A stretch of DNA of 64,000 bases from a phage. The stretch is from the sequence record PZ386957.1; one strand, 5' to 3'. Numbering within the stretch: the stretch's first letter is position 1; the number at the start of each line of letters is the position of its first letter. The translations under genes and the position numbers were made by a program. Below the pieces are notes generated by a model that did no database searches, was not told the DNA's origin, and was given only the letters and a program-made list of their open reading frames with translations. Shown one piece after another: positions 29,826 to 39,190 of this stretch.

Positions 29826-31504
29826 ATGACGCATTAACATCATTTCGCGGAATGCGTAAAGACGCAGATACTGTAAATCCGCTTGATAAGTTAGAAAAAT
29901 TAGATAAACTTGATTCATTAGATGATATGCAAGCTGCGACCGAAATGGTCGCAGAGACAGTAGAACAAAAATCTAATGAAGTTATTGAATCTGTGGAGGA
30001 TAACACCGCCGCAAGTGAATTGACGGCAGAGAATACTCAATCTACCGCCAGCAATACCCAAAAAACTTATGAGGAATTGCAAAAACTGAATAATTTCTCT
30101 TCTCAAATGAATGAGAAATTACGCGGGTTTGGGATCATGATGGAACGGCGATTCAGTGTCGTTTCCAAGATTACTAGCGGGCTGGATGCAATCGAAAAGG
30201 CTATCAAGGACGAGAAACAGCCAGAGCAGACTATGCCTTCTCCGCAACCAATTTTGCCAACTGTACCTGAACAACAAAACAATAATAACTATCCTACGTT
30301 ACCTAAAAAGCCTAAAGACGATAAAAAGAAAAACGACGATAATAACCGCGATCAAGATAAAAATATGCAGATGTTGATCAAAGTGGTTCGTGGTGGATTT
30401 AAAGAAACGATGGGGATTTCTAACAAGATATTCTCTATGTTGTTTAAAATGACCATAACTGCGATGCTAGAGGCTGCTAAATGGGGTGTTATCTTGCTGG
30501 GGATCGTTGTTGCTATTGATACTCTGTTGATTCATTTTAGGCACTGGAGCAAGCTGTTTAATACCAATTTTGAACAGTTTAAAGACAAAGCCGGTAATTG
30601 GGGTTCCACATTAGACACTATTTTAACTACTGTGCAGAATATTAGAGATTATTGGGAAAATAAAGAATATAGCGAAATGATCGCTGAATTTGTCACTGGT
30701 ATGGCAAAAGCACTGAGAGATGCGTTTTTCCAATTGGATAGAATAATCACTAAAGGTATTGCGTCGGTTCTTCGTTCGATCCCTGGTATGAGTTCATTGG
30801 CTGATACTCTGGAATATGGCGCATTGAAACAAGCCAAAGAACACGGCGGCGTTAAAATGGATGCGCGTGAAAAAGAATTATATGCCCGTATGAAGAAAAA
30901 AGAAGATATGCAAGCTGGTATGCTTACACAAGCAAAAATAGCGAATGTACAATACAGCACTGTCGCTAGTATGCAAGTAGAGCCTATTCTGTCTGAGGAT
31001 GAACAATATAAAATCGATAGGATGAAAGAACTAAAAACTGTTAGTGATGATGCATACACAAAGAGTAGTGATATAACAATAGATATTGAAACCGATATGG
31101 CTAAAAACATTTCTATGGTTGAAAACGTAAAACCGGGAACAAGACCTGATAAATTGGCTAGTCTTGATAAAGATGTTAACGAACATCGTAAAGCATTAGA
31201 CAATCCTGATTTGCTTTCTACTGATAAACAGAGAATTAAACAACTTTTAGACCGCTATGACCGAATCCGCGCTACTAAAAATACTCCTGCGGTGACTCCA
31301 CCACCACCGGATGAAACAGATACAGGAAAACAAGCTAATTCTATAGAGAAAGGTCAATTGCAGAATATCAGAAACGACAATACTGTTACAAATACTGCTA
31401 ATGTTGCAAACACACAGGTCTATAACAATAATAGGACTGTACAAATAACCAGACCTCAAACTAATACACCGTCGCCTGGTTTATTGCAGAAAGGAATAGT
31501 TTAA
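29822..31504 (+). CDS. 29: Baseplate hub / tail length determinator gp29-like
   Basis: 560 aa; synteny and size; start overlaps gene 28 stop. Confidence 0.75.
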   Translation: MNDALTSFRGMRKDADTVNPLDKLEKLDKLDSLDDMQAATEMVAETVEQKSNEVIESVEDNTAASELTAENTQSTASNTQKTYEELQKLNNFSSQMNEKLRGFGIMMERRFSVVSKITSGLDAIEKAIKDEKQPEQTMPSPQPILPTVPEQQNNNNYPTLPKKPKDDKKKNDDNNRDQDKNMQMLIKVVRGGFKETMGISNKIFSMLFKMTITAMLEAAKWGVILLGIVVAIDTLLIHFRHWSKLFNTNFEQFKDKAGNWGSTLDTILTTVQNIRDYWENKEYSEMIAEFVTGMAKALRDAFFQLDRIITKGIASVLRSIPGMSSLADTLEYGALKQAKEHGGVKMDAREKELYARMKKKEDMQAGMLTQAKIANVQYSTVASMQVEPILSEDEQYKIDRMKELKTVSDDAYTKSSDITIDIETDMAKNISMVENVKPGTRPDKLASLDKDVNEHRKALDNPDLLSTDKQRIKQLLDRYDRIRATKNTPAVTPPPPDETDTGKQANSIEKGQLQNIRNDNTVTNTANVANTQVYNNNRTVQITRPQTNTPSPGLLQKGIV

Positions 31505-31505
31505 T

Positions 31506-32561
31506 ATGAAAATTCAAGTTTTAGATGAGGCAAAGACCACATTAAAAAATGGTATTAAAACATCGGCTGGGTTTACCAGTAAACGCACAGATACTACATT
31601 AACCGCTCAATTTCCTTCTGAGCGCGCAAGCGGTAATGATGCGTCTGGTATATACATCAATGACCTTTATAATAACGGGTTATTGTTTACTGCCTATGAT
31701 TATAAAAATCGCGCAACTGATTCACTGCGAAACTTTCGAAATAAAGGGAATACCGTAGCTGGGTTTGGTTTGAGCATTAACAGTAGCGGAAAGGTTGAAA
31801 CCACAAGCAATAGAGAAGTTGGCTTTGACCGAAGTGCGGTTGCTAATATTCTTCTTCCTCGTAGTCAATCAGATGTTGATGCTGTCAGTCATAAGTTTAA
31901 TGATGTTGGTGAATCCCTCGTTACTCGCGGTGGTGGCACTATTTCTGGTGCATTGTCTGTTATGGCATCGACCGCTGTATTTGGTGGTCTTGAGAGCTTG
32001 ACGGGTGGTTATCTTGCGGATAAAAACGAACAGATCTATAATACTGCAAGGAGCATGTATGCTGGCGCTGACCCGCGAACTAAAAACTATGTTTGGCACT
32101 TAACCCCTCGTAGTATTGAAGATCTTCGAAATATACTGATTATCTACGAAACATTTTTAGAATTATCTTATGGTTCAAGTGGTATTTCCAGCACTGCAAA
32201 GCAATTGAAAGCCGAAGTTGATGCATGGTATAAAAACACAATTCTTTCTAAGACGGTTCCTGATGGTGCTGATACATCAAACACGGTATTTGAAGGAATT
32301 ACTGATTTTTTAACCAACGTAACCACTGTATCGAATCCGACAATTTGGATGATCTCTAATTTTGGTAAAAGATCTACCTATGAAGGAAGAAGCGATATTT
32401 TCGGACCCGCTCAAATTACCAGTGTGAGACTTGATAAATCCCCTGATGGTAAATTTAATGGGTTGGCAATTTCTCCTAATTTACCTAGTACCTTTGTTCT
32501 GGAAGTATCATTTAGAGAAATTCTTACTCTTTCCCGTGGTACTATATTTGGGAGTCAATAA
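31506..32561 (+). CDS. 48: Baseplate tail-tube cap gp48-like
   Basis: 351 aa; synteny and size. Confidence 0.75.
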   Translation: MKIQVLDEAKTTLKNGIKTSAGFTSKRTDTTLTAQFPSERASGNDASGIYINDLYNNGLLFTAYDYKNRATDSLRNFRNKGNTVAGFGLSINSSGKVETTSNREVGFDRSAVANILLPRSQSDVDAVSHKFNDVGESLVTRGGGTISGALSVMASTAVFGGLESLTGGYLADKNEQIYNTARSMYAGADPRTKNYVWHLTPRSIEDLRNILIIYETFLELSYGSSGISSTAKQLKAEVDAWYKNTILSKTVPDGADTSNTVFEGITDFLTNVTTVSNPTIWMISNFGKRSTYEGRSDIFGPAQITSVRLDKSPDGKFNGLAISPNLPSTFVLEVSFREILTLSRGTIFGSQ

Positions 32562-33490
32562 TGTTTGATTTAAATGATTTCAACGAACAAGCTGCAAACC
32601 TTGATTTTCAACGTTCTAACCTATTTTCGGTGGCGTTTGCCACCGTTCCTAGTAGCAAGACGCAACAAGTTTTAGAAAATTTTGGTGGCGCTGTTTACGA
32701 CCTTATTCCCGGAACTCTCAATGATGTTTTTGGTATAACTAGCGGTGAATATACCGATGCAGTAACTCATTTGGCTATACAAGGTGTGCGCAAAGTAACA
32801 GGTTCCAGTGGCGTTAAAAAGTATTTGTTAGGTGCAATGTCCTCCCGTGTTGTTCAATCTCTATTGGGGCAATTCACTGTAGGTACATATGTCATGGATT
32901 GGTTTAATATGGCATATCAAACAAGCGGATTGCTAGTCTATGCAGTGAAAGTGCCGGAAAATAGACTGAGCTATGAAATGGATCGTAACCATAACGCGCC
33001 AAACGTTCGTATTACCGGACGTGATTTCGACCCGCTTGTATTGAGCTTTAGAATGGACGCTAGCGCATCAAATTATAGAGCAATGCAGGATTGGGTTAAC
33101 TCGGTCGAAGATCCCGTTACAGGGCTTCGTGCGCTTCCGGTAGACGTTGAAGCAGATATTCAGGTCAACTTGCATAACCGTATGGGTGTACCTCACACTA
33201 TTATGATGTTTGGTGGTTGTATTCCTGTCGGTGTAAGTGCGCCTGAGTTGAGTTATGAAAATAACAACGAGATTACTACATTCGACGTTACCTTTGCTTA
33301 TCGTACAATGCAAGTTGGTGCGGTGGGTGAACAAGCCGCTAGAGAATGGGTTGAAGATAAGGCCATAAACCTAATTCAAAATACTATTGGTCAAGGTAAG
33401 GATAATTCATTGTCTTCTGCTGGTAGTGCATTATCTAGATTGCAAGGTGTTGGTGGTAGGGTAGTTAATACTATCACCAGATTATTTTAA
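32561..33490 (+). CDS. 54: Baseplate tail-tube initiator gp54-like
   Basis: 309 aa; synteny and size; similarity to the tail tube protein family. Confidence 0.75.
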   Translation: MFDLNDFNEQAANLDFQRSNLFSVAFATVPSSKTQQVLENFGGAVYDLIPGTLNDVFGITSGEYTDAVTHLAIQGVRKVTGSSGVKKYLLGAMSSRVVQSLLGQFTVGTYVMDWFNMAYQTSGLLVYAVKVPENRLSYEMDRNHNAPNVRITGRDFDPLVLSFRMDASASNYRAMQDWVNSVEDPVTGLRALPVDVEADIQVNLHNRMGVPHTIMMFGGCIPVGVSAPELSYENNNEITTFDVTFAYRTMQVGAVGEQAAREWVEDKAINLIQNTIGQGKDNSLSSAGSALSRLQGVGGRVVNTITRLF

Positions 33491-33495
33491 TACAA

Positions 33496-33518
33496 AAAAG
33501 GGGCATAGCGCCCCTTTT
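33496..33518. terminator. Bidirectional terminator after gene 54
   Basis: AAAAGGGGC-ATAGC-GCCCCTTTT, A-run and T-run on either side. Confidence 0.7.
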
Positions 33519-33519
33519 A

Positions 33520-34032
33520 TTATTTGATTAGATCATCACATTGCTTACGTAGTTTATATTTGTATTCTTTAGAACGTAGCATTTGTACTTTTTCATAATC
33601 TCCTTCCTGAAATGCAGACGAGAGATCATCTTGATATGCTGCCTCCGTTCCAATAACACACATACCAAATTTACGACGTTGATCCGCTTCTTCCATAGCT
33701 TTGCGGTTCATTTCTTCAATTGAATTTTCACGACCATAATAATATTCGTAAATGCGTTTCTTCTCTGCTTCTTTATCGGCTTTAATCTTTGCGATCTGTT
33801 CTGCTGATTCCGGCTGACGGCCTAAACGCTGTAATGCCGCATCTTTCTTTTCAAGATAGTTAATCACGCAATCTTCAACACTATTGAATGGAAAACGTGG
33901 TTCTTGCTGCCATCGTGCACATGAGCGTGCAAACTCTTGTGTATTCTTAGATGCAAGTGCCAGGTCATGCACAGCGCACCCATTAAGCATAGCCACTAAA
34001 GCCGCAAGACCAATCAGTTTAATCATTTTCAT
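33520..34032 (-). CDS. Putative lipoprotein (signal peptide + lipobox LNGC)
   Basis: 170 aa; N-terminus MKMIKLIGLAALVAMLNGC; start overlaps upstream stop (ATGA). Confidence 0.6.
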   Translation of the reverse strand: MKMIKLIGLAALVAMLNGCAVHDLALASKNTQEFARSCARWQQEPRFPFNSVEDCVINYLEKKDAALQRLGRQPESAEQIAKIKADKEAEKKRIYEYYYGRENSIEEMNRKAMEEADQRRKFGMCVIGTEAAYQDDLSSAFQEGDYEKVQMLRSKEYKYKLRKQCDDLIK

Positions 34033-34853
34033 TTAGTCACCTCACCGAAAATTGTAAATTGTCTACGATTCTCATCACCGAAAGATTCTACTACGTCGTT
34101 TACCTTGATGCAAGTCCCACGCGGTAAAATTACTTCACATTCGCAAGGGTTCCATGCAATCGACCCAACAACAAAACCTTTATGATCTTTTACATCAATC
34201 ACCCACGAAACATTACAAGAATGTTGCATCTTTCCGGTCATTGATTCATATCGATTTTCGCAATAAAGGCTAGTGCTATTTGAAAGCCAGCCTCCAAAGA
34301 TGATCGGTGTCATGCTGGTAGATACAAAGTTTTTAAAGGTAAATTCCTTATCTTCAATAATACGCTCTATTGTCTGAATGTCAAGATGTTGACCGCGATA
34401 AAGAGTACCGTTTAACTTTTCGGTTTTATCCATGACACAATCCATCAAATCAACCATTTCTGATATTTCGTCGGTCATGTCTTCTTCCCCTAAGAGAGCA
34501 CCATTTACCCATTCGTAATGCTCGGAGATATAATCGCAGATCGCATCATACTCGGCTGGGGTAAGATTGGTGTGTCCATAATGTTTGAATACACTATCTC
34601 CGAAGTCTTCGGATTGTACTTCGTACATGACATTAATGATCTTCTTGACAAATCCATAATCTTGTGTTTCTCGCTCAAGAAAACGGATAACCTTAACGTA
34701 ATCATCAAAGTTAATATGATCGCTGATCATCTCAGTGATCATGTAACCATTAATACCCTCAATGTCATATGTTTCAATATAATTGTCCATACGTTCCATC
34801 ATGGTTTCGCGTGCTTCTTCTGAAAGACGAAAACCCTGTAATTGTTTGAACAT
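34029..34853 (-). CDS. ADP-ribosyltransferase (Alt/Mod-like, R-S-ExE signature)
   Basis: 274 aa; LYRGQ (Arg), FVSTSM (STS), CECEVILPRG (ExE) aligned with the same motifs in the adjacent Alt; GGGAGG RBS. Confidence 0.75.
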   Translation of the reverse strand: MFKQLQGFRLSEEARETMMERMDNYIETYDIEGINGYMITEMISDHINFDDYVKVIRFLERETQDYGFVKKIINVMYEVQSEDFGDSVFKHYGHTNLTPAEYDAICDYISEHYEWVNGALLGEEDMTDEISEMVDLMDCVMDKTEKLNGTLYRGQHLDIQTIERIIEDKEFTFKNFVSTSMTPIIFGGWLSNSTSLYCENRYESMTGKMQHSCNVSWVIDVKDHKGFVVGSIAWNPCECEVILPRGTCIKVNDVVESFGDENRRQFTIFGEVTK

Positions 34854-34877
34854 TTTAAACCTCCCATATAACAGAAA

Positions 34878-34906
34878 ACGGGGCTAGTATAAAACTAGTC
34901 CCCGTT
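34878..34906 (-). terminator. Hairpin with T-run between alt and the downstream ART gene
   Basis: 11-bp interrupted inverted repeat ACGGGGCTAGT / ACTAGTCCCCGT followed on minus strand by TTTTCTGTT. Confidence 0.5.
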
Positions 34907-34931
34907 TGAGTCAACCATTATTTCTTAAAAA

Positions 34932-36983
34932 TTACATTTTAAATTTATCTGGCATTGCGTCTACAGATACCAGATCAGCAATAAGCTGGCGTAGAGTTGC
35001 TTTGTCTGCTTTCTTGCGTTCTGTCTTAGCTTCGGTAATAAAGCTGGAGAAAGACAGGTCAGAAGCAGGTTTAACAACACCTTCACGGATGAATGCATCA
35101 CCGTCCGCGATCATCTCGCCAGATTCTTGTAATGCTGCCAGTTCATTTTTGGTCATAATATGTGCCTCAATGTAATAAGTTTCTTGTGAATCCGTCGATG
35201 CCGTAGCACGAGTTACCGTATCAAAGGATAACACAACACCGCGAGGAAGTAAAATCTCGCATTCTTTGTAAGCAAATGCTTTGTTACCTACTGGCAATAC
35301 AGGGATGTTTTCCGCGCCAGCAATGGAGAAAGCAACATTAGCGCCACCTTCACCGCGAGATCCAGCCATAGAATCAACACCAGCAACGGCACTAGCCACG
35401 TTTGCATTCCAGCCACCAAAGATATTAGGTGCAAGGGATGTGCTCACATAGTTTTTAAAGTAAAACGCTTTTTGCTTACGTGCAGTTTCCCACATTTGCG
35501 ACCGGAAGTCCATACCACGATACAGAATAGTACCCGGATCAAGTTTAACTCCATAGTTAGCGAAGGCATTATCCAGTGCATCACACATCTTGACCAATTC
35601 TTCTGGATCTGCTACACCTTCAAACTCTTCCAGTTTTCGATCTGTCAGGAAGTTGTTCATGTTAATGTATGCTGCATCGGCGTATTCGCTTAATACAAAA
35701 CCTTCCGCACCTGGTAGGTCAAGATCAATATCTGCCATCATTTCACCCATGTTGCTAGCAATTGCTTCAAACATACCGGAAGCAACATTACGCAGGGCAT
35801 CGGTTTTAATCTGGGTGATATGACTACGCAGCATTTCAGCTTTTATGTCTGCTGGCATAGCCGGATCTACTCGGTCCATTGCAAGGGCAGTGATCTTGTT
35901 TTCGAATACTTCCTCGCTCATGATTTCTTTTAAGCGTTTAATTGATGCCGCGATAACTTCCGCAGACAACGGATCATATTGGTCCTGAACTTTTACCAGT
36001 TCACTTACTGCGTATTTTGCATCGGCTTCGCTTTCAAAGATAGTACGCATAAAGCCATAGCGAGTGATAATATCACTTGTCCAGTCATTCAAAGAACGGG
36101 CGGTTGAACGTTCTAAGGCTTGACGATCGATCAGAGTATTAAACTGTTTCTTCGGTTCCGCTTCGGTAATGTCTTCTTCCGGTTTAAGATTAATTTTTTC
36201 TGGATGATTGACATAATCACCGTTATATGTCGCTTGAGTTTTCAGCATTTCTTCTTTAGTCAAACGAGATTTAGCCGCTACGCGTTGTTCCGCTTCCGCG
36301 TTTCGTTCTTCTTCTGCTGCAAGGCTAGCCGCATATGCTTCATCTTTAGTAAGAGATTCGCCAGTAGCTTTAGATACCCAGCGATCACCTAAATCACTTT
36401 CTACTTTAGTGAACAAGGACTCATCCAGTTTAATCCCTTTAATCTTATCAATCGCCATCCCTCGACGCTTGACAACAACTAAAGCGATCTTTTTGCTGGT
36501 CATTACTTCCTGCTGGAATACTTCAAACTTCGGAGTACGACGCACTAAACGCTCTATAACTCGTTTAACCAGTTCGGTCTTGCCTTTCATACGGGAAACA
36601 TTAAAACGGAACATAACAGCGTCTAATTGAGCTTTACGGGCGGTTTCCATCACCACATCAAAAGCACTTGCCATAACAGCAATCGGGTTATCGCCTAGAC
36701 CATTTTTAAGCTGTACAATTCGACCGCTTTTATTCATCTCACACAGGACCACATGCGCGGTTTTATCACCCACGCGAATAATTTTAGGTGTTTTGTTGGT
36801 GAAGTTGCAAAGACGAACAATCACATCTTTATCGCGTGTCTGTACTGCAAAAAGCTGTTTTGGGTTCTGCTTCGGCTTTAGGCACTGTACAGGGGCAATG
36901 CTACCAAAGTTTTCTTCCTCTTCTGTTAACAGCCATTTCTCAAAAGATTCAATCATTAGATCGTCGATTTCTAAGTTAAACAT
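34932..36983 (-). CDS. alt: Alt-like ADP-ribosyltransferase
   Basis: 683 aa (T4 Alt is of similar size); C-terminal ART motifs ILYRGMD, YVSTSL, KECEILLPRG; synteny downstream of DNA ligase. Confidence 0.85.
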   Translation of the reverse strand: MFNLEIDDLMIESFEKWLLTEEEENFGSIAPVQCLKPKQNPKQLFAVQTRDKDVIVRLCNFTNKTPKIIRVGDKTAHVVLCEMNKSGRIVQLKNGLGDNPIAVMASAFDVVMETARKAQLDAVMFRFNVSRMKGKTELVKRVIERLVRRTPKFEVFQQEVMTSKKIALVVVKRRGMAIDKIKGIKLDESLFTKVESDLGDRWVSKATGESLTKDEAYAASLAAEEERNAEAEQRVAAKSRLTKEEMLKTQATYNGDYVNHPEKINLKPEEDITEAEPKKQFNTLIDRQALERSTARSLNDWTSDIITRYGFMRTIFESEADAKYAVSELVKVQDQYDPLSAEVIAASIKRLKEIMSEEVFENKITALAMDRVDPAMPADIKAEMLRSHITQIKTDALRNVASGMFEAIASNMGEMMADIDLDLPGAEGFVLSEYADAAYINMNNFLTDRKLEEFEGVADPEELVKMCDALDNAFANYGVKLDPGTILYRGMDFRSQMWETARKQKAFYFKNYVSTSLAPNIFGGWNANVASAVAGVDSMAGSRGEGGANVAFSIAGAENIPVLPVGNKAFAYKECEILLPRGVVLSFDTVTRATASTDSQETYYIEAHIMTKNELAALQESGEMIADGDAFIREGVVKPASDLSFSSFITEAKTERKKADKATLRQLIADLVSVDAMPDKFKM

Positions 36984-37029
36984 TTTATATCCTCTAGTTG
37001 ATAACCTATAAACCTATATTTATGAAAAA

Positions 37030-37044
37030 GGGGCTTTACGCCCC
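37030..37044 (-). terminator. Terminator after small early gene
   Basis: GGGGC-GTAAA-GCCCC followed by TTTTTC on minus strand. Confidence 0.6.
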
Positions 37045-37045
37045 A

Positions 37046-37225
37046 TTAAAACATCTTAGAAATTAATTCTGCTTTGATTTCGCAGAGAACATCTAAAGAT
37101 TTCTCGTCACCTGCTTTTGCTGCTTCTGCTTGCATTTTTGAAATGGCTTCGAGGTCGGTGCAATTATAAGCCGCCTGAACTTTAGCGATTGCGATGATTG
37201 CAGATTCGATTGTTAAGTGTTTCAT
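37046..37225 (-). CDS. Small early protein (59 aa)
   Basis: ATG with AGGAGA RBS 34 nt downstream of a perfect TTGACA-17-TATAAT promoter; MKHLTIESAIIAIAKVQAAYN... Confidence 0.65.
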   Translation of the reverse strand: MKHLTIESAIIAIAKVQAAYNCTDLEAISKMQAEAAKAGDEKSLDVLCEIKAELISKMF

Positions 37226-37257
37226 GTTTGATTCTCCTTTCGTTTCGGTATGTGTGC

Positions 37258-37286
37258 ATTATAGGGGATCGGTGATCCCCTGTCAA
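37258..37286 (-). promoter_or_regulatory. Early promoter cassette TTGACA-17-TATAAT with palindromic spacer GGGGATCACCGATCCCC
   Basis: Perfect -35 and -10 hexamers; spacer is a palindrome containing two GATC sites. Confidence 0.8.
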
Positions 37287-37293
37287 CAACTTT

Positions 37294-37812
37294 TTAGTTA
37301 TTTTTTAATTGCTCATCTTGCAATAATGCAATCACATGCTGGCGATGTTCTTCCGATTGAGGCACACCGAAAAAGTTTGTTTTGTAGAAATATTCTAATC
37401 GATCTTCTCGTGTGCTCTCTTCCATCATGATAGCTGGTAGACCAAGATTGCGAAAACGTCGCTTTTCTGCTGGCGTAAAATCGCTGTAATACAACATAGA
37501 ATCATCATTACCAGCAATGCTAAACTCATCCTTCATGAAAGAGAATATTGCGTTTAAACGCTGTTTACCGTCCACGATTTCGATCTCATAGCGAGAGCCA
37601 TCATCAATCTTAGCCATTGCGATAGCGCCTACCGGAAAATCATTAATAAGGTTTTCGACAAACATGCGTTTGTTTTCTGTATTCCATACCAACTCACGCT
37701 GATAATCTGGGTTCATGTTGATATAGCCATCTTCTAACCATGCCTCATAGACAGAGATGACAAAGTTTTTAGTATTGGTATAGTAACGGCGTTTAGGCGT
37801 TAAACGGTTCAT
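37294..37812 (-). CDS. DUF262/ParB-like nuclease-domain protein
   Basis: 172 aa from ATG at 37812 (AGGAG RBS); motifs DYQRELVW and VDGKQRL typical of the ParB/DUF262 (GmrSD N-terminal) fold. Confidence 0.7.
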   Translation of the reverse strand: MNRLTPKRRYYTNTKNFVISVYEAWLEDGYINMNPDYQRELVWNTENKRMFVENLINDFPVGAIAMAKIDDGSRYEIEIVDGKQRLNAIFSFMKDEFSIAGNDDSMLYYSDFTPAEKRRFRNLGLPAIMMEESTREDRLEYFYKTNFFGVPQSEEHRQHVIALLQDEQLKNN

Positions 37813-37813
37813 A

Positions 37814-38146
37814 TTATAGTCTCCTGAATGGATCATCACGTAGGTCAATATCTTTTAAGAACTCATCCCATGAATGCCGGATATTGTTCTTAGTTCTCCA
37901 GATAAGAGCAGGAATCGAACGCTCTCCCATCTGGAAGTAAGGATCATATGATCCATATGCCCAATATGCTACTACAATTCCACAATCAGCGCAATAGTAT
38001 TCTATTTCACTTGCTGGCGACCAAAGACCATCAATATGATCGGTGATCTTGCTTTCGATGTTATGGCTATGACAATCAGGGCAACGGATGCAATGACCTT
38101 GTTTATCGTAATTTGACGTTAGCGAATACTTGAATAATCTCATCAT
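37814..38146 (-). CDS. Zinc-ribbon protein
   Basis: 110 aa; CIRCPDCHSH...YYCADCG (two CxxC pairs); start overlaps upstream stop. Confidence 0.65.
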   Translation of the reverse strand: MMRLFKYSLTSNYDKQGHCIRCPDCHSHNIESKITDHIDGLWSPASEIEYYCADCGIVVAYWAYGSYDPYFQMGERSIPALIWRTKNNIRHSWDEFLKDIDLRDDPFRRL

Positions 38147-38859
38147 AGATCCTTATTGGCTTCAAATACTGCCTTTGCAAATCCGCGCGGGGTAAGTGAC
38201 CGGATAGTCTTTGTTCTGGTTCCTTTCCCGCCTAGCTTAGAATGCTGTTTACTGTACCCTTTCTCAATTGGTATCGGTTTCTTTTCTGGCATTATAAAGC
38301 CTTGTCCAGTCCATAGGCAAGTCTTTTTAGGATACATGTCACGGGCGGCGATATAATCAGGGAAGGTCGGATGTATATCATCTTCCGGTAAATATCCGCC
38401 ATATTCCCACGGGTGGAACATATAATCGGGTTTACGCCACATGCTAGAGATAACGCTTACAGGATTCTCTATCATGTAGGGAACGCCCAACCATTCGCCC
38501 AAATAAGCCGATATTTTCGCTGTTTGTACATCTCTGTGTTGAATGAGTGGACCTAGAGTTTTTCTCTTACGTTCAAAGTGTGCAGCACCACTAACCGCTA
38601 AATTTGAACAGCTAGGAAATGCAAAAATCATATCCGGTTTGCCCCATTCAAGATCCATTGCTCTTTCTAGCCAATCCAAATCAATCCAGGTGTTTACATA
38701 GGTAATGTTTGGATGCTCAAATCGGGTATTATACTTTTTGTATGTACCGTGGTCGCCATCGTCAGCATTAAAGCAGATCACCTTATGACCTGCTTTAGCC
38801 CATTCTAGCCCCATTATCCCCGATCCGTCAAAGTTGCAGAATATTAATTTTTGTTTCAC
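38143..38859 (-). CDS. Compact C5-cytosine DNA methyltransferase-like protein
   Basis: 238 aa, GTG start overlapping upstream stop (GTGA); motif I-like FDGSGIMG, PCQ-like FPSCSNLAVSG with Cys, ENV-like MIENPV, C-terminal RSLTPRGFAKAVF resembling RxLTPRExxRLQGF. Confidence 0.65.
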   Translation of the reverse strand: MKQKLIFCNFDGSGIMGLEWAKAGHKVICFNADDGDHGTYKKYNTRFEHPNITYVNTWIDLDWLERAMDLEWGKPDMIFAFPSCSNLAVSGAAHFERKRKTLGPLIQHRDVQTAKISAYLGEWLGVPYMIENPVSVISSMWRKPDYMFHPWEYGGYLPEDDIHPTFPDYIAARDMYPKKTCLWTGQGFIMPEKKPIPIEKGYSKQHSKLGGKGTRTKTIRSLTPRGFAKAVFEANKDL

Positions 38860-39107
38860 GCTGCCCCCATTGGTTTGATAGTAACAGAATCTAAAAGACC
38901 TTTGTTAGCCAGTTCGCGGCAAGTTTTCAGATCCGCAACTTCCCAGCCAGCCGCAATCAGATTATCGATGAGGCTGTTAGCAACGTATTCGCTCATGAAA
39001 GAGCACTGTTTGCCGATGGTGTAGCGTACACGCTGTAATTTAAGTTTACGGAAGCCTTTAACGTTCAGGTCTTTAGCGATTTTCTTTGCGGTTTCGATGT
39101 TAGCCAT
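38856..39107 (-). CDS. Hypothetical protein (83 aa), first gene of the MTase operon
   Basis: ATG with GGAGAATC RBS downstream of promoter at 39148-39176. Confidence 0.65.
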   Translation of the reverse strand: MANIETAKKIAKDLNVKGFRKLKLQRVRYTIGKQCSFMSEYVANSLIDNLIAAGWEVADLKTCRELANKGLLDSVTIKPMGAA

Positions 39108-39147
39108 TGTTTGATTCTCCTAAGTGGTATCTCGTCTTGATGTGTGT

Positions 39148-39176
39148 ATTATAGGGGATCTCCCGATCCCCGTCAA
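39148..39176 (-). promoter_or_regulatory. Early promoter cassette TTGACG-17-TATAAT with palindromic spacer GGGGATCGGGAGATCCCC
   Basis: Hexamers and GATC-containing palindrome seen in sequence. Confidence 0.75.
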
Positions 39177-39190
39177 CAACTTTTTTAAAA

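Noticed and set aside
30649-31203. 184-aa minus-strand ORF inside gene 29
   Set aside because: Antisense to a well-supported structural gene; hydrophobic low-complexity product.
38143-38859. Calling the MTase-like ORF a dCMP hydroxymethylase or Dam methylase
   Set aside because: Motifs match the C5-cytosine MTase order (FxGxG, PC-like Cys, ENV, RxLTPR), not the thymidylate-synthase-like gp42 fold or the DPPY motif of N6-adenine MTases.
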